Below are positions 35,609 to 46,880 of a stretch of DNA of 64,000 bases, piece by piece. Source of the stretch: Podarcis bocagei (Eukaryota); assembly GCA_964188305.1 (NCBI GenBank), contig OZ076885.1; one strand, given 5' to 3'. How positions within the stretch are numbered: the stretch's first letter is position 1; the number at the start of each line of letters is the position of its first letter. The translations under genes and the position numbers were made by a program. Below the pieces are notes generated by a model. It was given only the letters and a program-made list of their open reading frames with translations. It was not told the origin of the DNA and did not search any database.

Positions 35609-35751
35609 CACGTGTAATTGGCCTGCTGAGGCCTCTGAAGGATGTAACTGTAACAGCTGGTGAAACGGCAAACTTTGAATGCGAACTCTCCTATGAGGGA
35701 ATTGTAGTGGACTGGTTCTTGAAAGGACAGAAATTGGAGCCCAGTGACAAG
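35609..35751 (+). CDS. TTN: TTN Ig I96, 5' half (about exon 240)
   Basis: PRVIGLLRPLKDVTVTAGE..LEPSDK. Confidence 0.95.
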
Positions 35752-36149
35752 GTACAGAAGACATTCTTTCTCTTCTCCCCTTTTTCCATGTCAAACCCTA
35801 TTTCTTTCCCTCTTTCTCTCCTACCCCTCCCGTTTGTGAGACTGGCAGTGCAATCCTATACATACGTACCTGGAAGTAAGCCCCACTGAGCTCAATGGGG
35901 CTTGCTTCCAAGTAGAGATCCATAGGATTGCACTGTAAGGCGCTATTCTAAAATGTCATTCAGAAAAATCAGTTCCTTCCGCATGGTAGAAGATAAAAGT
36001 TTCAAAGGGAGAGGTGAAAGGGGTTGGGGAGGTTTTGTATCAGTGCTAACATAAAGGGATATGTAATATTTTGATATTAGTGGGGAAGCTTATGAATGTT
36101 TGCATCTCCTGATTCTTTCCCTTCTCTGAATGTAGAGCTGGCATTCAGT

Positions 36150-36315
36150 TCTGCATATAAGGGGATTAAGGAGATTGAAATTCCATTTCAGGCATTTGAG
36201 CAGGCTTCCAGATAACTTTCTCGGTAGATCTGCTCGCAGAGCATTTCTCACCAGCTATTTTTAACCCTTCATCAAGTGTGCTGTTAGCGCTGAGATGTGA
36301 ACAGCCTGGAATGCA
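36150..36315. promoter_or_regulatory. Candidate cardiac/muscle enhancer
   Basis: CArG-like GCATATAAGG 36153, GATA 36210, MEF2 CTATTTTTAA 36255, NKX2-5 TCAAGTG 36272, MCAT GGAATG 36308. Confidence 0.55.
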
Positions 36316-37237
36316 GTTCATTCAATATTTAAAATGTTTTAGCAGCAAGCCATATAGTAGTATAAGTAATCACATGTAGAAGTTGCATTCAGTGAAATAT
36401 TATTTGGTGCATGCTTTTTTAGATCCTCTGTTTAAGTTGTTAGAGTGTCTGTTAATGATAGGCTTACGCAGAGAATATTTGCAAAGGAAAACAGAAATAT
36501 ACCTGCTAAAATAAGGCATAGTTAGTGCAAGTTTGAAATTACCATAGCCAATTCAGCCTAATCAAAACATTAAATTTAAACTAGCATAGCGAGATTTAAC
36601 TAAATGAATAGATTAATACTTACGGTTCCCATGAAAAGTATTTTAATGGTGAAGCATTATTAGATGCATCATAAATATTTCAACTTTTATTTCAACTTTC
36701 ATATTAATAGTTAGCAAGATTTTATGTTTTGCTTCTGATTAACCATTCTACATCAGTTTAAATGGGCCTATGATGACACAAACAATGGTGTTTAGGGCAC
36801 TCCTACCCCAGTCTAGTAAGGGATGATAATCCATGCACAACCAAGCATCTCCTGACTTCTTCCCAGCTGGACAGGGGAGCTATGATGAAAAGCTTCTTAT
36901 ACAAGTACTGTAGTTCCCTGTTTTGATTGATTTGGATTATATCAACCCTTTGAAGAAGTTTACAGTTCCAGCAATCAGCTGGTGGATTCAGTCTGCCGAC
37001 TCCCACAAAACTCTAGAGGCCTTTGGGGCTTGGCGGCTGATTCAGTACGAAGAGCTGAAATTGCAACAAGAAATCAGAGAGGCCCCAATGCATGCCCAGA
37101 GGTGCATGGGTGTATAACTGGGAGTCTTTGTTTACCAGCCTATTTAGACAGACATGTGCTAATACAAATGTTTGATATAAGGTTGCAACATGTTTGCTTA
37201 CCAAATCTATTCTCCTGAACATTCCTTTTGTTTAAAG

Positions 37238-37361
37238 ATCGTGCCCCGTGCTGAAGGCAGAGTTCACACCCTTGTTCTAAGAGATGTGAAACTAACAGAT
37301 GCTGGAGAAGTCAAACTGACTGCAAAGGATTTCAGAACTCAAGCAAATCTTTTTGTAAAAG
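37238..37361 (+). CDS. TTN: TTN Ig I96, 3' half
   Basis: IVPRAEGRVHTLVLRDVKLTDAGEV..NLFVK. Confidence 0.95.
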
Positions 37362-37617
37362 GTAGGCTTCCTAAAGTAACAATTTATTCCCTTAGTAGTA
37401 TGCTAGAGACGACTGATCTGTGTTAGGCAAACTGCATGATTGGGCCGATCCTTTTCTGCAGTACTTTTTACACATAAAATGCTGGAAGGAATTCTGGCCA
37501 TAACTCAGTCTTTTAAAAAGATCAGAATGATAGCTAGCTTTTCAATCTCTTGGGAGGAAAAAATGATGCATGTAGCACCAACATGATTTGTGGGGTTTTT
37601 TCCCTCCCTGTCCTCAG

Positions 37618-37884
37618 AACCACCTGTTGAATTTACTAAGCCTCTTGAGGACCAGACTGTAGAGGAGGAAGCTACTGCAGTTCTGGAGTGTGAAGTATCC
37701 AGAGAAAACGCACCAGTGAAATGGTTCAAGAATGGCCAAGAAATCCACAAGACAAAGAAATATGATATAATTGCTGATGGCAGAGTCAGAAAACTTATCA
37801 TTCACGGCTGCACACTGGACGATGCTAAAACGTACACATGTGATTCTAAAGATTTCAAGACATCTTGTTTCTTGAACGTTGAAC
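37618..37884 (+). CDS. TTN: TTN Ig I97
   Basis: EPPVEFTKPLED..CFLNVE; 267 nt symmetric. Confidence 0.95.
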
Positions 37885-38176
37885 GTAAGTTTTTCTCATA
37901 ATTTTCTTATAAAGACATAGATACTTGTTTGCATGATTCCAAAGGTAGGCATGTTGCAGATATATGGGTGGGTCAAACTGATGGTGCTGTAAAACAAGCA
38001 GACCTTTGACTTAAGTGGGTTGGGCTTTTTCTTTCATCCACAAAAGTGGGAACCTCTACTTTATCATAACTCTATTAGAATAAATTATTATAACTAAGGC
38101 CATTGCTACGAATTGAGATTCACGGATAAGAAAAAAAGAGATCGTTTTCAAACTGGAAATTTTTTCTTCCTTATAG

Positions 38177-38274
38177 CACCTCATGTTGAGTTCACAAAGC
38201 CCCTTACGGATATTGAAGTTAAAGAAAAAGAAGTTGCTCGGTTTGAATGTGAAATTTCCCGACCAAATGTTCAG
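38177..38274 (+). CDS. TTN: TTN Ig I98, 5' half
   Basis: PHVEFTKPLTDIEVKEKEVARFECEISRPNVQ. Confidence 0.93.
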
Positions 38275-39389
38275 GTCTGTAATGTTTGTGTCTCTTCATA
38301 TTTGCCCTTGTCAATAGCTTTTGCACAGAATCTCACAGCATTTATTGCAGCCACCAGGAAACATTTTCTATTTTTCTAGTCACTAGGGCAGCCCAAAGCA
38401 TTTAGAAGGTGGAAACTGTGTCTACTAAAAGCTCAAACCAAAAGATGATCTAGGTTGTCTGCATCATTCAGTCCCACCTTCACTAGCTCCTTACTATAGA
38501 TCTCCAGTTGCCAACGTGGTGCCTGAGCAGCTTCATCTTTTTCACCTCTAAAGATTTCCTTAGGTGCCCTCAAAGCCTCTGTGCACCCTTCCCACCCACC
38601 TGCTTTTCAAGGATCAGATTGGCACCTGAGCAGCTTTCTTAGGGCTGCCACGACATGGAAATATGGATCTGAGGCATGGGTCCTTAAGGATTCTCATAGC
38701 CTGATTGTTCCCTCACGCCCACCCCCAGGAAACCCAACCCTTCATACCAGCCTGCCATTGGCCAATTCCGCAGGCTGACGCGGAACATGATTTCAAGTTG
38801 TGAGTGTGAGCTAAAGCTCTCGCTCCGGCTGGGATCAGCCCACCACACCCTGTCCTGTGTCGTTGGGTCGTCCCACAAAGCTGCTGCCCTCCTAAAAGGG
38901 GGTAAGCAGACTTCCAGAACCTTAATAACAAAAACCAGGACTGCCAATGAAAATAAAACACACCTATCTGAACGTAGATTCTGTCTACATATTTTACTTT
39001 GGTTCTAGAGCCAAATCCTATGCCCTTTCCAATAGGTGATTGGCACCATCGTCAATTTTCTAATTCATCTCCACATGTGCAACTTCCAAACGGCCGAATT
39101 GGAACGAACAATGGACCCAGTACTCTCATGCTTACAACTGATTTCTGAGTTTAGATGAAAAATAATTGCAGTAAAATGTGCACCATTTGACATGTTCATA
39201 GGGAATGCATCTATATTCACTGTGGGATATTGGTTTATGGTTTAGCTTAAAATGTCATCCAGGCATGCTTTACTCTAATACAGTCAGTAATTATATATTT
39301 CAATTTCTCAGTTACTGCTTCAGTTGATATTGCAGTATCTCTTCTTTGCATTCTGTTCAACTTGATTTTTATCACTATTTTAAATATAG

Positions 39390-39558
39390 GCACGGTGGTT
39401 TAGGGATGGCGTTGAAATCAGAAAAGGCAAGAAGTTTGACATCATTGCTAAAGGTGCCCAGAGAATACTTGTTATCAACAAATGTCTGCTTGATGATGAG
39501 GCAGAATACGCATGTGAAGCAAAAGGAGCCAGAACCTCTGGCATGCTGACAGTGATAG
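39390..39558 (+). CDS. TTN: TTN Ig I98, 3' half
   Basis: ARWFRDGVEIRKGKKFDIIAKG..GMLTVI. Confidence 0.93.
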
Positions 39559-39655
39559 GTAAAGCTAAAATCAAGTTTGTTGCATTTACATGAAAGAGCA
39601 ATGGCTTGATCGCTGTTGTGATCAAATACAACCATTGTTCTTTTTCTTTTTACAG

Positions 39656-39922
39656 AAGAGGAAGCTGTCTTTACCAAAAAACTTCCCAATGTGGAAGCAA
39701 GTGAAACAGACACTGTCAAATTGATTTGTGAAGTTTCCAAGCCTGATGCAGAAGTAACTTGGTTCAAAGGCGATGAGGAGTTGCCTGAAGGTGGTAGATA
39801 TGAACAGATTGCTGATGGCCGGAAGAGAATTTTGGTCATCCACAATGCTAGTCTTGACGATGCAGCAGCATACACCTGCAAACTTCCTAGCAGTCAGACA
39901 ACTGGCAAGCTGAAAGTTCATG
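39656..39922 (+). CDS. TTN: TTN Ig I99
   Basis: EEEAVFTKKLPN..GKLKVH. Confidence 0.95.
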
Positions 39923-39970
39923 GTAAGAAAACTACTTTGGAATTTTTCACAAGTGTTGCCAGGTGACATG

Positions 39971-40657
39971 TAGGGCTGGGCGCTATATTGATATGTCACC
40001 CCAAACCGGTTTCTAGACATCGTGATAACCATTTCAAAATAAATGACCCAGCAATATATCACAACTTGTGTGTGTGTGCTATGCAAAAATTCACAATACA
40101 GTCATACCTTGGAAGTCGAACGGAATCCGTTCTGGAAGTCCCTTTGACTTCCAAAACGTTTGGAAACCAAAGTGTGGCTTCTGATTGGCTGCGGAAGCCC
40201 CGGCGGACGTTCAACTTCCAAAAATAGTTTGCAAACTGGAACACTCACTTCTGGGTTTGCGGCGTTCGGAAACCAAAACGTTTTAGAACTAAGCTGTTCA
40301 AAAACCAAGGTACGACTATATTTGAAAAACCAGAAAGTCAGCCGGTGCTTCTGTGTCTCCTTGAGGTGAATGAACAGGCGCTCCTTCCTTCCTTCCTTCC
40401 TTCCTTCCTTGTGTTTGTGTGCGCATGTGCGCCTCAGCTGAGCAGTTTAAGGAAGCTCACCCCGCATCCACACCTCCAGCATGAGCTGGAGCAGAATGGG
40501 AGCTTGCTCAGTTGTAGGGCTGGACGATACATCTCAGCTGCTTCTTCCTCTTATTTACTCCTCCCTCCTTATTTCAGACGTTGCGATATATCAGCATATT
40601 GTGGTATTTAGCTGGTGATACATCACGATGTTGAAAACCACATATCGCCCAGCCCTA
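39971..40657. mobile_element. Non-autonomous hAT transposon with nested MITE
   Basis: TIR tagggctgggcg / cgcccagcccta; perfect 8-bp TSD GTGACATG (39963-39970, 40658-40665). Confidence 0.9.
40099..40318. mobile_element. Tc1/mariner (Tigger-like) MITE nested in the hAT element
   Basis: TIR cagtcataccttgg / ccaaggtacgacta; TA flanks; same family as 51659-51908. Confidence 0.85.
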
Positions 40658-40871
40658 GTGACATGTGTGCCGCTGAGTAGGGTTTTTGACCCACTTCTTA
40701 TTGACCGAATATGCATGGTTGTGTCATCTGTGCTAGGACACGGCCATGTCAAGTCAGTCTCAGACGTCTTTTGCTGACTGAAAATATTTTTGGTTATCAA
40801 TTAGATGGGGGGGCAATCTACTTATCCCCATATCAAAAACTAAAAAACAATATGCCCAACGTCTTTTTCAG

Positions 40872-41138
40872 AACTTGCAGCAGAATTTATAACCAGGCCA
40901 CAGAACGTTGAAGTAATTGAAGGAGAAAAAGCAGAATTTGTCTGCTCAGTATCCAAAGAAGCCTTTGACGTACAGTGGATAAGGGATGATACTGTTCTTG
41001 AAGCCAATGATAAGTATGACATAATTTCCGACGGCAAAAAGAGAGTCCTGGTCATTAAAGAGTCTGTTCTGGATGACGATGGAACTTATTCTGTCATGGT
41101 CGGTGCAGCCAAAGCAACAGCCCGCTTGACAGTGATTG
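40872..41138 (+). CDS. TTN: TTN Ig I100
   Basis: ELAAEFITRPQN..ARLTVI. Confidence 0.95.
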
Positions 41139-41241
41139 GTAAGCTTTATGGGGCTTTCTCATACATTTGTGGGCATGCTTTTATTTCCTTTGTGAGGATT
41201 TAATTCTAATAATAATAATAATATGCAAATTCAAATTGCAG

Positions 41242-41520
41242 AAAAACTCAGGATTGTCATCCCACTGAAGGACCAACAAGTAAGAGAGGGAGAAGAACTT
41301 GTATTTAACTGTGAGGTTAATACAGAAGGTGCCAAGGCGAAGTGGTACAAAGATGAAGAAGCAATATTCGACAGCGCAAAATACATCATGGTCCATAAGG
41401 ATTTAATTTACACTCTAAGAATTAGAGACGCCCATTTGAATGACCAAGCAACCTACAACATAGTCCTGGCAAACAAGAGAGGAGAACAAGTAAAGAGCTC
41501 TGCTACTTTGACTGTGCTTG
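41242..41520 (+). CDS. TTN: TTN Ig I101
   Basis: EKLRIVIPLKD..ATLTVL. Confidence 0.95.
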
Positions 41521-42043
41521 GTAAGTGTTTTCCCAGGGCTATTATTCTAGAAAAAGAGTTTCCATGAATGCCTCCCTTGTTCTCTTATAATGGCAATGGT
41601 GCCCACTTAAGAGATGTACCATTCCAGAGAGGAATGGCAAATTTAGCTGTTGGGCAATGCCGAAATAGCAAAACTGACCAGAAAGCTCAGGAACCAAGAA
41701 GACCAAAACTTCAATAAACAATGGGGAAAATTTTATAATTTATTTAGGAGACCACTGTAAGCAGATGAAAACATTAGCAGGACAGCAATAACACTTGTAA
41801 GGTAGCAAATATTATGGATAAAATATGGACTATGAGATAATATGCAGTTGAAAAGGATAACAATAGGACCAATGGAAGGGATGGTGGGAGAGAGAGAGAG
41901 GTTCTGAAACTGAGTTCTGGCTGGAAAAAAAAGCCCTGGTGTTTTCTTATTCTAAGTGGCACAGGCTTTTACTCTTGCCAAATTACTGTTTGGATGAGGA
42001 TGTAAATTAACAACACTTTTCAAACCACTTCTCTCTTAAACAG

Positions 42044-42452
42044 AGGAAGACCTCAGAATTATTGAGCCTCTTCAAGACATCGAAACCATGGAGAAGAAGT
42101 CTGTCACGTTCTGGTGTAAGGTTAACCGCCTCAACGTAACCCTCCAGTGGACAAAGAATGGTGAAGAAGTCACCTTCGACCGCCGCATTTTGTACAAAGT
42201 GGATAAATACAAGCATTCGCTTATCATTAAAAACTGTGGATTTATAGATGAAGGGGAGTACGTTGTTACTGCTGGCCAAGACAAGTCGGCTGCAGAGCTT
42301 ATTATCACGGAAGCACCTGCAGATTTCATTGAGCACTTGCAGGACCAGACAGTCACTGAATTTGATGATGCAGTCTTCAGTTGCCAGCTTTCCAAAGAGA
42401 AAGCAATGGTGAAGTGGTACCGAAACGGACGAGAAATTAAAGAGGGCAAAAA
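42044..42452 (+). CDS. TTN: TTN Ig I102 plus I103 5' half
   Basis: EEDLRIIEPLQD..EAPADFIEHLQD..REIKEGK. Confidence 0.95.
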
Positions 42453-42557
42453 GTAGGTGCAGGTGCTTTTAACTGGTTGGTGGTATACTATGGTTGCTGT
42501 CTGGATTCTTGCCTCTGAATTTAATACATAATCCTTTTTTTTCTGTCTGCAATAAAG

Positions 42558-42682
42558 GTATCAGTTTGAAAAGGATGGAAATTTACACAGGTTAATCATA
42601 AAAGACTGCAGGCCAGAGGATGAATGCGAGTATTCCTGTGGTGTGGATGACAGGAGATCCAGAGCAAGACTTTTTGTGGAGG
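42558..42682 (+). CDS. TTN: TTN Ig I103, 3' half
   Basis: YQFEKDGNLHRLIIKDCRPEDECEYSCGVDDRRSRARLFVE. Confidence 0.94.
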
Positions 42683-42783
42683 GTATGTTTACAATTTCTA
42701 TTTATCTTTCACCTTTCAATATTTTTTTTGTGAGAAAAAAAAGTATGTCAACGCAATCTAAATTTTATTCTTATTTTGACCAG

Positions 42784-43050
42784 AAATTCCTGTGGAGATT
42801 ATCCGACCACCACAAGATATTTACGAAGCCCCTGGCTCTGATGTCCTTTTCTTTGCTGAACTGAATAAAGATAAGGTGGAAGTCAAATGGTTGAGAAATA
42901 ACATGATTATAGTCCAGGGAGATAAACACCAAATGATGAGTGAAGGAAAAGTCCATAGGCTGCAAGTCTGTGAGATTAGGCCTCGCGATCAAGGAGAATA
43001 TAGATTTATTGCCAAAGATAAAGAAGCTCGAGCTAAGCTAGAACTGGCAG
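42784..43050 (+). CDS. TTN: TTN Ig I104
   Basis: EIPVEIIRPPQD..AKLELA. Confidence 0.95.
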
Positions 43051-43359
43051 GTAAGCCTCTGAAATTTTTTAACAATAAAATAATATTTATATGAGTAATG
43101 CAACATTTTATATACTTTTTCTGGGTGTTAATTTCAGTGATTAACACACTTCTAGTGGTAATTAAAAAGCTCTGTAACTGAGATCCTACAAGCAATGTGT
43201 TTCTGTAGCCTTTATTATACAGCTTTGTAATGTAGCTTCTGTGCATTTAGAAGTCAGAACGATCTTTACCCAGCACAGATTAATTATCTGTGTGTGTTGG
43301 AGGCACCAATAGTGCCCCCATTGACCAGAATGGGACAAGATGGTGTCTATACAACATTA

Positions 43360-43699
43360 GGTAAAGGTAAAAGGACCCCTGACCATTAGGTCCAGTCATG
43401 GCCGACTCTGGGGTTGTGGCGCTCATCTCGCTTTATTGGCCAAGGGAGCCGGCGTACAGCTTCCAGGTCATGTGGCCAGCATGACTAAGCCACTTCTGGA
43501 GAACCAGAGCAGCGCATGGAAACACCGTTTACCTTCTTGCCGGAGCGGTACCTATTTATCTACTTGCACTTTGACGTGCTTTCAAACTGCTAGGTTGGCA
43601 GGAGCAGGGACTGAGCAATGGGAGCTCACCCCGTCATGGGGATTCGAACCGCCGACCTTCTGATAAGCAAGTCCTAAGCTCTGTGCCACCCGCGTGCCA
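43360..43699 (-). mobile_element. Sauria SINE
   Basis: (ACCTTT)n tail and B-box ggttcgaatcc on the - strand; 14-bp TSD TCTATACAACATTA (43346-43359, 43700-43713). Confidence 0.93.
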
Positions 43700-43841
43700 T
43701 CTATACAACATTACTAATGGTTATAATTTTGGTTCTCCCTTCACACAAAAGTTGCTTAAAAATCACAAAACAGTTCACTGCGCTGTTGTTTCCTGTTTCA
43801 GATTTTCTGTAACGTATTTCATTGTTTGTTTGTTTTACTAG

Positions 43842-44111
43842 CTGCTCCAAGAATAAAGATAGCTGATCAGAACCTTGTGGTAGATGTTGGGCAGCCATTG
43901 ACTATGGTGGTTCCATATGATGCCTACCCACGAGCAGAAGCTGAGTGGCTTAAGGGAGAAGAAGCCTTGCCCACTCTTACTGTGGATACAACACCTGAAA
44001 GTACCACCTTCAGAATTCACGAAGCAAAGACGACTGACAGAGGGAGTTACAAAATCATCCTTAAAAATAAGCATGGCCAAGCTGAAGCACACATCAATGT
44101 TCAAGTTATTG
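43842..44111 (+). CDS. TTN: TTN Ig I105
   Basis: AAPRIKIADQNLVVDVG..INVQVI. Confidence 0.95.
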
Positions 44112-44298
44112 GTAAGCTCATCATTTCCTATGGCCAAGGGTTGTTGCTTTTCTGATGTAGAAGATGAAAGCATTGGTATATAATGATGAGAGAAATAAGA
44201 AACTGCATCCACGAACCTCACTAAGTTGTTATTGTTTTAGGAAACTCAAAGCAAATCCCAAATTCTTTTAAGTAAGCATACTTTCGCTTTATTCCCAG

Positions 44299-44601
44299 AT
44301 GTCCCTGGCCCAGTTAGAAACCTGGAAGTAACTGAGACGTTTGATGGTGAAGTTAGCCTTGCCTGGGAGGAACCAGAAAGCGATGGTGGTAGTAAAATCA
44401 CTGGGTATGTTGTTGAAAGGCGTGATGTCAAACGAAAGACCTGGATTTTGGCAACGGATCGTGCCGACAGTTGTGAATACACAGTGACTGGCCTTCAAAA
44501 GGGAGGTGTGGAGTATCTCTTCCGCGTGAGTGCAAAAAACAGAGTGGGCACTGGTGAGCCAGTTGAAACAGACAGACCTGTGGAAGCCAAGAGTAGATTT
44601 G
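44299..44601 (+). CDS. TTN: TTN Fn3 I106
   Basis: DVPGPVRNLEV..WEEPESDGGSKITGYVVE..AKSRF. Confidence 0.95.
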
Positions 44602-44697
44602 GTAAGAAAATTGTTATTTGGAGACTATAATTTGTTGAAGTTCTATTGAATAGAAAAATAACTTTTTTAAAAAAAAAAATCTCTTATGACCTTGCAG

Positions 44698-45000
44698 ATG
44701 TCCCAGGACCTCCTCTCAATGTACAAGTTGTTGATGTGAACAGATTTGGCGCGTCTCTTACTTGGGAACCCCCAGATTACGATGGAGGCTCTCCGATTAC
44801 GGGCTATATCATTGAATTACGTGACAGAGCTTCGATCAAGTGGGAACCAGCCATGACCACAGGAGCACATGACTTAGCTGGAACCTTAACTGATGTGGTG
44901 GAAAACAAAGAATACTTTTTCAGAGTCAGAGCTCAAAACCAGGTTGGAATTGGCAAACCTAGTGCTTCTACACATGCGGTGAAGATAATGGATCCAATTG
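44698..45000 (+). CDS. TTN: TTN Fn3 I107
   Basis: DVPGPPLNVQV..KIMDPI. Confidence 0.95.
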
Positions 45001-45353
45001 GTTAGTATGCAGGCGATAAGAAAATATTTCTAGATAGTTATAATATCATTTGCTTATAAAATATGAAAACAGGAAAGACTTGAGGTGAATCAGTTGATAT
45101 ATCTCAAACAAAAGTCCAGTGTTTATTATTCACTTTCATAGAAACCATTATATATGTTGTTTTGGGAAATTAGCAGTGTCAGAAAATGAAAATAATAGAA
45201 GCTCCACATAAGCTCTAAAGCAAGGACCACTGTTGATGTTCAATGAGGAAGGATTTATGGAAATAATACTGCAATCTATTTAGTAGAAGACTGTGACAAG
45301 AATCTAGCAAGCTACTTTTGGCATACTCTAAGGCTTATATATATGCACGAATG

Positions 45354-45605
45354 CATGGGTAGGCAAACTAAGGCCCAGGGGCCGGATCTGGCCCAATCAT
45401 CTTCTAAATCTGGCCCGCGGATGGTCCGGGAATCAGAGTGTTTTTACATGAGTAGAATGTGCCCTTTTATTTAAAATGCATCTCTGGGTTATTTGCGGGG
45501 CATAGGAATTCGTTCATTTTTTTTCCTTCAAACTATAGTCCGTCCCCCCACAAGGTCTGAGGGACAGTGGACCGGCCCCCTGCTGGAAAAGTTTGCTGAC
45601 CCCTG
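45354..45605. mobile_element. hAT/Charlie MITE (OC1-like 3' end)
   Basis: TIR catgggtaggcaaact / agtttgctgacccctg; TSD CACGAATG/CACTAATG. Confidence 0.85.
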
Positions 45606-45821
45606 CACTAATGCCTATTGTTTCTATACACAACATGCCCCTATGTCACATCACATGTAATTCAGACATTCCTGCTAGTTTCAAAACAGCAGTTTGGCAT
45701 GGTCTTAGGATACTGTTGTTTGAGGAACTCAAGAGTAGCCCTTCCAGACTTGTGGGACTAGTTGCATAGTTATTCTGATTCTGTCCATCTGTTATATTGT
45801 GCAAATCATTGTGTTTTGCAG

Positions 45822-46009
45822 AAAAACCAAGTCCTCCCATTAACCTCGATCATTCTGACCAAACTGTGTCATCTGTGAAACTTACATGGGAACCTCCTTT
45901 GAAAGATGGAGGCAGCCCAGTACTGGGCTACATTATTGAAAGGCGTGAAGAGGACACAGACAACTGGATCCGTTGCAACGCAAAACTTGTGCCTAGTCTT
46001 AATTATAAG
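45822..46009 (+). CDS. TTN: TTN Fn3 I108, 5' half
   Basis: EKPSPPINLDH..PSLNYK. Confidence 0.94.
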
Positions 46010-46100
46010 GTAGCATATTCCTTTCTGAAGTAAAATGCCTATTAAGGTTTTTTAAAAAAATAGTGATTATTAGTTATGACATTTTCCTCTGTCTTCATAG

Positions 46101-46215
46101 GTAACTGGGTTGAAACCTCTAGCCAGGTATTATTACAGAGTATCTGCAGAAAATGCTGCTGGTGTGTCAGATCCTGCTGAAGCTATTGGACCACTGACTG
46201 CTGATGATCCTCACA
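46101..46215 (+). CDS. TTN: TTN Fn3 I108, 3' half
   Basis: VTGLKPLARYYYRVSAENAAG..TADDPH. Confidence 0.94.
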
Positions 46216-46880
46216 GTAAGTTGAATTCTCATTTCTTGCCATAGTCAACGGCTTGAAAGGAAAGGTTGTGTTCATCTGAGACTATTCATGCTTGTTCATA
46301 AAAACAATACTTTAATATTGCTCTCATACGTTGGATACCAAAACCAGCCCCCCTCTCAGCAGTAAAAGTCTAAAACAGGAGTGGGGAGACCATGTGGCCC
46401 TCTTGATGTTGTTGGACCCCAGTTCCAGCCAGTATGGCCAAAGGCCAGGGATTATTAGAGTTGAAGTCAAACAACTTCTAGAGGACCACAGGGTCTCTAG
46501 GCCTCATCTAAGCTATACTAAAATGGAGGGAAACCCTTAACATTCACTAGGTAGCACTGTTTTACATTTACAATTTGTCCTCTAAGGCTGCATTGCTAAA
46601 CAAGTCAGAATTTTTTAATTTTTAAAAATTGTATTAAATTGAACATTTAGGTGTCTTTAAATTGGAGCAAGCTTATATATCGCCTTTCTATATTGCTAAT
46701 TTCATCAGATTATGAAACAGTTTTATGATGTGTTCTCAATAGATAAAACGCCACGTGAAGGCATCTATAATAATGCTTTCCATTCAAACAGATTTCAAAG
46801 GCAATTTCCCTTTAATGTTATTGTGGAGAAAAAAAGAAAGTTTATAACTTTAATCGGCATAATTTGTGTTTGTATTTCAG

